Below the pieces are notes generated by a model. It did no database searches. It was not told where the DNA came from and worked only from the letters and a program-made list of their open reading frames with translations. Shown one piece after another: positions 40,304 through 47,376 of a DNA stretch of 47,376 nt. This DNA comes from a virus, in IMG/VR virus record IMGVR_UViG_3300029577_000022, positions 1-47,376 of that record; one strand, given 5' to 3'. Positions within the stretch are counted from its first letter, which is position 1. Every line of letters starts with the position of its first letter. Position numbers and translations under genes: made by a program.

Positions 40304-43300
40304 TTGAATAACTTTATTTTACAGTTGGTTGCTGGTCTTAATAAGACAAAAAGCAAGCAACAGATTAAGTCAGACGCAAAAAGTCTTGGCGACATGAAGT
40401 TCGTCAAGCTGATTGGTAACCTTGATATGCCAAAAACAAGGAAAGCAATCAAAGCACAGTTGAAGGGATTAAATAATCTTACATTCAACATCACACCGAA
40501 TGTAAATACAAAAGGTGTACAGACAGCAACCAAACAGGCAATTAACAATGCACAGAGGGTTGCAAATAGTAATAAGGTTCATCTGAACTTTGATACAAGC
40601 AAGCAACAGTTAGTGAACCAGATTAAGATTCTGGGAAGGAATAATAATAAACTTTTCAATAATCATGAAATGACCGCTAAATACAATCAGTTGCTTAATG
40701 CCGCTAATGTAGCAAAGAGTACAGGAGAACTAAAAACTCTTAGAGGTGAGTTGTCGGCATTTAAGACGGAGCTTGTAGCAACGAATAATGCAGGTATGAC
40801 TTGGGGAAGTAAATTCAAAGAATCTGTTAAGAGTTATACGAAATTTTTTAGTGGTGCAAGTCTGGTTTATGCCATTTCTAATCAGGTCAGAAATGCAGCA
40901 ACCGAAGCAAAGACATTAGATGATAGTCTTGTAAATCTTCAGAAAGTAACAGATGAAATTTCTGACAGAGATGCGTTATACAAGTATTTTAACAAATCTC
41001 TTAGCAAGGCACAGGAACTTAATGTAAAAGTTGGTTCATTGATTGACGCTGTAACAGAGTTTAAAAAGCTTGGTTGGGATTTAGACGATGCAGAACTTGG
41101 TTCGAAGTGGGCAAACATTTTATCAAACGTTGGAGATCTTAATATTGATACGGCAATCGGTTCAATTAAAACCTCTATTGCTTCATTTGATGAAATTGGT
41201 GGATATGGTAATGACCAGATGGACAAGAAACTTGAAGCTTATGCAGACCTCATCAATAATATGTCAAACAAGTACAGTATTGATGCGGAAGGGTTAGCCG
41301 AAAGCATTAGATTATCGGCTGGTACATTGACAGAAGCACATATGAGTATTGAACAAGCTGCTACAATGTTTGCTACAGCTAATAAATACTATAATGATCC
41401 GTCATACCTCGGTAACACAGCAAAGATCGGTTCATTAAGAATGAGAGCTTCATCTGGTGACACAGATGCTATTGAAGAGTTGCAGGAGATGGGCGAAGAA
41501 GTTGACGATTTAGCAACAGCCACAAGTAACTTGCGTGAAAAGCTCATGGCATTAACTGGTGTTGATATTATGGAAGATGAGCATACATTCAAATCTTATT
41601 ATGACCAGTTATACGAGATTTCACAAGTTATGGATAAGTTGGATGATACCTCACGTGCAAATGTTCTTGAGACTATATTCGGTAAATCGAGAAGTGCAGC
41701 AGGTGCCGCTATTTTATCTGGTATGAAGGAATCTGCATCAGCTTATGAAGATGCAATCAATAGTGCAGGAAGTGCTACAGAAGAGTATCAAACTTGGATG
41801 ACCAGTGCTGACGCAGCGTGTCAGAGGTTTTCTAACACTCTTACAGAGACATATCAGAGTATTATCAATGGTAATACAGTACGTGACCTTGCCAATTTAG
41901 GTTCGGCAGTTTTGGAATTTGCTAATAATTGGGGAATTGTAGAAGGTACGCTAAAAGGTGTAATTGCACTCAATCTTGGTAAATTTATTGCTACTGGTGG
42001 TATGGCACTCATTACAGCTACAAAACAAGTAGAGCAATATGGAAAAGCCTTACAGAAGGCAAGTAATGTTCCGAATGGTAACTTATCTGCTAGATTCCAG
42101 GCATTAAAGAGTATTGCACAGGCAACAAGTACATTGACAACAGAACAGTTAAGAAATGTATTAGCCACAAACACACTTACTCAGGCTGACAGAGTGCGTA
42201 TCTTACAGATGCAAGGTATGACAAAAGAGATGGCATTACAGAAACTTGCTGAAATGAATTTAACGCAAGCGACAAATGCACAGACCGCAGCTAATACAGC
42301 TAGTACAGCAAGTACATTTTCGCTTAAAGCGGCTATGACAGGACTTGGTGCGACATTAAAGAGTGTGTTTCTTAGCAATCCAGTAGGAATTGTACTTATG
42401 GGTATAAGTCTTGGAGTTAGTGCAGTAACATCCGCAATATCTAAGCATAATCAAAAGTTAGAGGAAGATCGGCAGAAAGCTAAAGAAGCAGCAGACGCAG
42501 CCAATACATTAGGTGATGAGATTGCTACATTAGCAAACAAATACATCCAGTTATCGGATGCAGTAAAAACAGACGCAAGTGCAAAAGAAGATTTAATGAC
42601 TACACAGACAGAGTTATTAAAGAAACTTGGACTTGAAGGAGAAAGCATTGATGATTTGATTGCGAAATATGGTTCTTTATCAAATGCCATTAAACAAGCA
42701 AGCATTGATTCATTGAAAAATCAACAGATTGACTTGATTGCTGGTGTAAATGCAGCAAAAGAAGAGTTGATGGATGTTGCAAAAGATAACTTCTGGGGTA
42801 CTAACAATATTATTAGTGCATCGGGAGAAGAAGCAGTAAAAGCATTTAAAGAGCTTGAAAAAGCTGGTGTAATTGATAGTGGTTCATATGGTACTGGTGG
42901 TGGTCAGTTAGTTTTAATTGGCGATGATACAGTTGAGGGAGCATTAGAAAATTACAAAAAACTCGAAGATGCAGTAAACGCATTAAGAGATTCAGAAGCA
43001 TTCACGGCTGATGAATTATCAGACAATTCACTATTTAATTCTATCTATAGTAGGTATAGTGAGATGAAGGAATCAGTAGAGGCATACAATTCATCTATTG
43101 ATAACTTAAATGAAAACTTGGCTCAACAGACAATGTTGATAGCGTTACAGGGTAATGAATTACCTAAGACAGAAGAAGACTTTAACAAATTTAAGCAAGA
43201 GCTGATTGATACAGCAGTTGCAAGTAAACAATTTATTGGAAACGAAAAGGAGATTACCGATGCGATTAACAATTATCTATCGACAGTTCCTGAGTTTGAA

Positions 43301-46300
43301 GGCTATTACAGCATTCCTCTGGAAAACGAACTTGATAAAGTAGATGAATTGTTGAATCAAGAGGACTTTTCAAAAACATTTACTGATACGCTTGCACAAG
43401 TTCAGGCTTTATCGGATGGTTTAGACCAACTTGATAAAATCTATGCTGATGTTTACAACAAAGAGGATTTTGATTGGTCATCTATTCTAAATAATGACGA
43501 CTTCAAAGAACAATTCGGGTCATTAAAAGATACTACAGAAGAATATGCAAATGCATATAATAATTTTATCAAAACAGTAAGCAATTCTCCGTCTGATTTG
43601 TCGGCTTGTCAATCAGCATTTGATAATCTTGCATCGGCATATATTTATAATTCTGATGCACTAAAAAATGTAACAGAAGAGACAAAAACAGCTACAGTGG
43701 CTATGCTTGAGCAAATGGGTGTTGCTAATGCATCTGAAATTGTTGATTATCAATTAGCCGCAAGCAAGGAGTATGCTGCACAGACAGGCAGAGACTTAAA
43801 AAATGCTACATTGGAAGAACTCGTTGCATTTGCACAGGAAGCAGATATGTCAGATGTGACAAAAGCTTCTCTAGCAAGTTACATAGCAGAAAAAATACGT
43901 GCAGCAAGTATTACAATCACCACTTCTGCGGATATTGCAAATCTTACAGCTTTATGTTCGCAACTTGGAGTCGCAGGAACTGCACTACAACAGTTTGCTC
44001 GCTTAAAAGCTATCGCAATGGATACAAGTGGAAAATATACAGATGGTTATAAAGAATATGCTACTACTGCGGCTGATCAGATTTTACAAAACGCTGTGAG
44101 CAAAGCAACAAGTGCGTATAAACCACAAGTTAACTATTCTGGTGGTGCATCTACTAAATCTGCAATAGATAAAGCCAATAAAGCAGCGAAGGACTCTGCT
44201 AAAGATGCAAAAGAAACCGCACAAAACATCGACTGGATCGAAACGAAATTAAAATTGGCTTCTAAGGAAACAGAAAAGCTTAGCAAATCTTTCGACAAAG
44301 CGTTTGGTATGAATCAGACAAGAGAAAGATACCAAGCATATATTTCTCAGATAGAATCCGAGATCCATGACAATACAACCGCCGCACAGGTATATCAAGA
44401 GAAGTTAAATCAGATTGGTTTATCCTATGAGTGGATTGCAAAGATTCAGTCAGGTGCATTTTCTATTGACAGTATTACAGACGAAAATCTCAAAACTCAG
44501 ATATCCGAATATCAGACATATTCAGATAAGTTAAATAGCTGTTACGACACTATTGAGAGTCTTGAAGAAGAACGTCTGCAAGCTTCTGTTAATTATGCTG
44601 AAAAATTAATTGACTCCCATGAAAAAGAAATAGATTCGATTAATAAACTGATTGATCGTAGAAAAGCATTAGTTTCTTTAAAGGAAACATTCGGTTTATC
44701 TGCTTCCAAATCTGACTTGAAATATCAACAGGATCAGTATGAACAGGAAATTGATGCGCTTGAAAGACAGAATAAAGAAATATACGATCTCATGTGGACT
44801 ACTACTTATGGTGACGAAGCATGGCAAAAGTATAACGACCAGATGATTGAAAATACTTCCAGTATTCAAGATCTCACACAGTCTCTTGCTGATTTAGCAT
44901 CTGAAATGGCTAATCTTCCGATTGACAAGTATGAAAAAGCTTTAGATAAGATTTCTGCAAAAAATGATTTACTTGATGCAAAACTTGAGAATGCTACGAG
45001 CGATAAAGCTAAGAGTAAAATTATTGGTAGTCAGTTGAAGCTTACTAGGAAGAAAGATAACAGTGCTCAGTCTGCGGCTAAAACGACACAAAGTAATTTG
45101 AATCAGTCTGTTAAGGATTTAAAAACTGCAACGAAAAAGGATAATAATATATCTGTTTACAACGTTGACGCTTCGGGTCCCAATGTAAAAGCAAGAACTG
45201 CGGTAAATGGCTACTATAAAAAAGTACAGAATTATACCAAGGCAAAGAAACAAATTCCAGCTTCTTTAATTTCTAAAATTTCTGGTGACGGATACTCTAC
45301 ATTATCAAAAGCATGTGCTAATTACAATGCTGCTTTAGTTGCCAACGACACAGCACAAGCAACGGCTGCTTTAAGTAGAGAAACTATCAGACAGGAACTC
45401 GCTGATTTAGCGGAACAGAGAGCGAGTCTTGCAAAGACAACTGCTGATTCCAAAGTTGAGAAATATGATTCTAAAGACGAACTGTATGATGCTAAACTCG
45501 ACAACGCTACTTCTACTTCTTCTAAGAATAAACTGATTGACAGAAAGATTTCTAATATCAACAATCGTCAGAGTGCGTATAATACTGCGGTTAAAACTGA
45601 TAATAAGAATATCAAATCAGCACAGAAAAATATCAGCAAAATCAAGTCTACGAAAGAGAATAAGAAGGTTCTCACTTCTATCAAGAAGACTGCTAAAGCT
45701 GGGAAACGTATTTCCCAATCTTTGTTAAACAAAGCTGCAAAACTGAATGATGGTGGAAAGTTATATGATGCATGTATTCAGTATAACGCTTATTTAGATG
45801 CGAAAGAAGCCGACAAAGCTACTGCTGATTTATACAAAGAAACAGCAAAACAGGATAAGGCTACTCTTGCAAAAGAAAAGTTTGATAATATTGCATCCAA
45901 CTATGATAATAAAATTTCTAGCAATGAGCAGAAAAAGACAGAAATAAATAATAGAATTTCTCTCGTAGAGGAATTTGGTGAACAGGCAAATGTATCTGAT
46001 TATAAGTCACTTATCTCTGCTGAAAATGGCGAATATCAAAAACTCATTAAAGAGCGTGAAGAACTTCGGAGAAATTTAGAAGAGTCTGTTGTAAATGGTT
46101 CTATCAAAAAAGGCAGTGATGAATGGTATGATATGGTCGCTAAAATCAATGATGTAACAAATGCCATAGATGAATCAATTCAATCAATTAAACAATACCA
46201 GAACGCTCTTCGTCAATTAAAATGGGATACTTTTGACAAGTCCATGGAAACTGTAAAACGTGTCAATAGTGAAGCTGATTACTATATTGATCTTTTGAGT

Positions 46301-47376
46301 CATAAAGATATGACTGATAAAGACACTGGTAATTTCACTGAATATGGTATTGCTACAATTGGATTGCACAAGACGAACTATGACAATTATATTGCACAGG
46401 CAGAAGCATATCAGTCTGAATATGATAAAATTATGAAACAGATTGAGAAAGGCGAATTGTCTGCATCTGATGAAAATGTTATTCAACGTCTGCGTGATTT
46501 ACAGGATGCTCATAGAGAGGCGAAGAAATCTGCCGAGGATGAGTTAGAGTCTATTAATGATCTTGTGAAACAGGGCTATGAAGCACAAACAGATGCGCTG
46601 AGTAAACTGATAGAAAAGTTCAAAAAGTTAAAAAATAACGCTCTTGACTATTATAAATATGCTAAGTCTATAATAGAAAAAACTAAGCAGATTGCAGCAT
46701 TACAGAAACAGTTAATTGCTTATAATGGCAATGATTCCGAAGAATCTCGTGCGACAATTCAGAAGTTAAAAGTACAGCTTGAAGAATCAAAAAGTGATTT
46801 ACAGGATACTATTTATGAACGGTATTTATCTGATACTGAGGATATGCTTGACGATCTGATGAGTGATTATCAGGAATTCATTGACGAAAAACTCAATGAT
46901 ACTAATAACATTCTTGACGGTATCAAAACCCTTATTGGTGGCAATGATGGTATTATTGCAACACTGAAATCCTTAGATTCAAGTCTGACAAATACTACAA
47001 AAGATCAGATTGATTCTAGTACTACCAATGGTGGTGACGGAGGACAAGGCGCAAAGGATTATGTAAATAATACTGTTACTAATGATCGGAATACTATCAA
47101 TTCATCTTATAAAACTGGACTTTTACGACCAACAGCAGTTGGTGCTATAACTCTTGATAATTCCTTGGAGTCAAAAAAGAAAAATACAACTTCTATTGAT
47201 GATAAGTTAAAAAAGGAAAAGAAAGCAGTTAAAGATGCCATTAATTCTGGTAAATCTCGCAGTAAGAAATTAACTGATAAAGAGAACCAAGAACATGCTG
47301 ACTTATGGAAGTATATTGTAAAGAATTATGGTAGAACTCCTACTAATAAAATGTACAAGAAGTTAGGTGGCATACT
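40304..47376 (+). CDS. Tail tape measure protein, N-terminal and central part. The ORF runs off the window end and continues at 1..585.
   Basis: TTG start lies 6 nt after AAAGGAG, with an in-frame TAA at 40301. The frame has no stop to the window end, which is why it is absent from the ORF track. The translation contains a TP901-type TMP core (SLVNLQKVTDE...GSLIDAVTEFKKLGW...ANVLETIFGKSRSAAGAAIL), hydrophobic segments and long coiled-coil-like stretches. Confidence 0.85.
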   Translation, partial: MNNFILQLVAGLNKTKSKQQIKSDAKSLGDMKFVKLIGNLDMPKTRKAIKAQLKGLNNLTFNITPNVNTKGVQTATKQAINNAQRVANSNKVHLNFDTSKQQLVNQIKILGRNNNKLFNNHEMTAKYNQLLNAANVAKSTGELKTLRGELSAFKTELVATNNAGMTWGSKFKESVKSYTKFFSGASLVYAISNQVRNAATEAKTLDDSLVNLQKVTDEISDRDALYKYFNKSLSKAQELNVKVGSLIDAVTEFKKLGWDLDDAELGSKWANILSNVGDLNIDTAIGSIKTSIASFDEIGGYGNDQMDKKLEAYADLINNMSNKYSIDAEGLAESIRLSAGTLTEAHMSIEQAATMFATANKYYNDPSYLGNTAKIGSLRMRASSGDTDAIEELQEMGEEVDDLATATSNLREKLMALTGVDIMEDEHTFKSYYDQLYEISQVMDKLDDTSRANVLETIFGKSRSAAGAAILSGMKESASAYEDAINSAGSATEEYQTWMTSADAACQRFSNTLTETYQSIINGNTVRDLANLGSAVLEFANNWGIVEGTLKGVIALNLGKFIATGGMALITATKQVEQYGKALQKASNVPNGNLSARFQALKSIAQATSTLTTEQLRNVLATNTLTQADRVRILQMQGMTKEMALQKLAEMNLTQATNAQTAANTASTASTFSLKAAMTGLGATLKSVFLSNPVGIVLMGISLGVSAVTSAISKHNQKLEEDRQKAKEAADAANTLGDEIATLANKYIQLSDAVKTDASAKEDLMTTQTELLKKLGLEGESIDDLIAKYGSLSNAIKQASIDSLKNQQIDLIAGVNAAKEELMDVAKDNFWGTNNIISASGEEAVKAFKELEKAGVIDSGSYGTGGGQLVLIGDDTVEGALENYKKLEDAVNALRDSEAFTADELSDNSLFNSIYSRYSEMKESVEAYNSSIDNLNENLAQQTMLIALQGNELPKTEEDFNKFKQELIDTAVASKQFIGNEKEITDAINNYLSTVPEFEGYYSIPLENELDKVDELLNQEDFSKTFTDTLAQVQALSDGLDQLDKIYADVYNKEDFDWSSILNNDDFKEQFGSLKDTTEEYANAYNNFIKTVSNSPSDLSACQSAFDNLASAYIYNSDALKNVTEETKTATVAMLEQMGVANASEIVDYQLAASKEYAAQTGRDLKNATLEELVAFAQEADMSDVTKASLASYIAEKIRAASITITTSADIANLTALCSQLGVAGTALQQFARLKAIAMDTSGKYTDGYKEYATTAADQILQNAVSKATSAYKPQVNYSGGASTKSAIDKANKAAKDSAKDAKETAQNIDWIETKLKLASKETEKLSKSFDKAFGMNQTRERYQAYISQIESEIHDNTTAAQVYQEKLNQIGLSYEWIAKIQSGAFSIDSITDENLKTQISEYQTYSDKLNSCYDTIESLEEERLQASVNYAEKLIDSHEKEIDSINKLIDRRKALVSLKETFGLSASKSDLKYQQDQYEQEIDALERQNKEIYDLMWTTTYGDEAWQKYNDQMIENTSSIQDLTQSLADLASEMANLPIDKYEKALDKISAKNDLLDAKLENATSDKAKSKIIGSQLKLTRKKDNSAQSAAKTTQSNLNQSVKDLKTATKKDNNISVYNVDASGPNVKARTAVNGYYKKVQNYTKAKKQIPASLISKISGDGYSTLSKACANYNAALVANDTAQATAALSRETIRQELADLAEQRASLAKTTADSKVEKYDSKDELYDAKLDNATSTSSKNKLIDRKISNINNRQSAYNTAVKTDNKNIKSAQKNISKIKSTKENKKVLTSIKKTAKAGKRISQSLLNKAAKLNDGGKLYDACIQYNAYLDAKEADKATADLYKETAKQDKATLAKEKFDNIASNYDNKISSNEQKKTEINNRISLVEEFGEQANVSDYKSLISAENGEYQKLIKEREELRRNLEESVVNGSIKKGSDEWYDMVAKINDVTNAIDESIQSIKQYQNALRQLKWDTFDKSMETVKRVNSEADYYIDLLSHKDMTDKDTGNFTEYGIATIGLHKTNYDNYIAQAEAYQSEYDKIMKQIEKGELSASDENVIQRLRDLQDAHREAKKSAEDELESINDLVKQGYEAQTDALSKLIEKFKKLKNNALDYYKYAKSIIEKTKQIAALQKQLIAYNGNDSEESRATIQKLKVQLEESKSDLQDTIYERYLSDTEDMLDDLMSDYQEFIDEKLNDTNNILDGIKTLIGGNDGIIATLKSLDSSLTNTTKDQIDSSTTNGGDGGQGAKDYVNNTVTNDRNTINSSYKTGLLRPTAVGAITLDNSLESKKKNTTSIDDKLKKEKKAVKDAINSGKSRSKKLTDKENQEHADLWKYIVKNYGRTPTNKMYKKLGGI
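47288..47376. repeat. Terminal overlap, copy B (identical to 1..89)
   Basis: Same comparison as copy A. This is the signature of a circular or terminally redundant assembly. Confidence 0.95.

Larger units (their letters stand above)
1..47376. mobile_element. Complete circular phage-plasmid-like element, unit length 47,287 bp. It combines integrative, partition, replication and transcription modules with one phage tail gene.
   Basis: The 89-nt termini are identical. One ORF is continuous across the junction. Int/Xis, a serine recombinase, a TubZ-like module, a primase and a TMP are all present. Confidence 0.6.

Noticed and set aside
40285-46486. Nine minus-strand track ORFs (60-106 aa) and two + strand off-frame ORFs inside 40.3-46.5 kb
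   Set aside because: All lie antisense or out of frame within the single uninterrupted tape measure reading frame. None has a ribosome-binding site, and their low-complexity Ser/Ala/Leu-rich composition is typical of shadow ORFs.
1-47376. False circularisation caused by an internal repeat of the TMP gene
   Set aside because: For the 89-mer to be an internal gene repeat, the other 40 kb of unrelated genes would have to lie inside the TMP gene. The reading frame is also preserved across the join. A true circle or terminal redundancy is the simpler reading, though read-level confirmation is still advised.
1-47376. Hidden virion genes masked by stop-codon reassignment (alternative genetic code)
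   Set aside because: Under the standard code the window is almost fully tiled by ORFs with good ribosome-binding sites. The only sizeable ORF-free gaps (3.3-3.8, 12.2-12.9 and 39.4-40.0 kb) are far too small to hide capsid, portal and terminase genes.
1-47376. CRISPR arrays, tRNA, rRNA and tmRNA genes
   Set aside because: I found no regularly spaced direct-repeat array and no cloverleaf-compatible or GGTTCGAATCC-type T-arm sequence by eye. A tRNAscan/cmscan run would be needed to be certain.

Overview
The window looks like one complete, circularly closed mobile element. Bases 1..89 are identical to 47288..47376, which gives a unit length of 47,287 bp. The DNA is AT-rich with a Firmicutes/Clostridia-style gene structure: strong GGAGG-type ribosome-binding sites, some TTG/GTG starts, and nearly all genes on the + strand. 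A single open frame starts at TTG 40304, runs off the window end and closes at 585, about 2,522 aa in total. It reads as a TP901-type phage tail tape measure protein (TMP). I cannot recognise a capsid, portal, terminase, tail tube or lysin gene anywhere else.

The element instead carries these modules:
- Integration: a Tn916-type tyrosine integrase with an excisionase-like gene and putative attP arm repeats (1.7-3.8 kb).
- DNA binding and replication: an HU-like protein and an AEP/CHC2 primase next to a long AT-centred inverted repeat (6.1-8.0 kb).
- Homing-endonuclease-like genes: HNH/NUMOD4/AP2 paralogs, one of them apparently split (8.1-10.5 kb).
- A roughly 740-bp ORF-free, hairpin-dense region that may be a structured RNA (12.2-12.9 kb).
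- A divergent promoter region holding five copies of a 12-bp operator (13.9-14.05 kb), next to a J-domain protein gene.
- A sigma-70-family factor, a DUF262 protein, an HNH nuclease and a PIN-type toxin-antitoxin pair (14.7-19.4 kb).
- A serine recombinase (19.8 kb).
- A type-III-like partition module: an RHH protein, two tandem TubR-like winged-helix genes and a TubZ-like tubulin/FtsZ GTPase (22.8-25.3 kb).
- A full-length ClpX homolog with its ClpP-docking IGF loop, next to a SprT-like HExxH protein (33.3-35.5 kb).
- A 933-aa protein with motifs of the YonO / eukaryotic-RdRP-like two-barrel RNA polymerase family (36.6-39.4 kb).

A bipartite motif, AAAAAK-N12/13-GGAGAATAT, recurs seven times upstream of + strand gene blocks between 19.7 and 39.5 kb. 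Three copies share the exact 12-mer AGTGGAGAATAT. I read it as an element-specific promoter class.

All functional calls rest on motif recognition by eye. No searches or computations were run.
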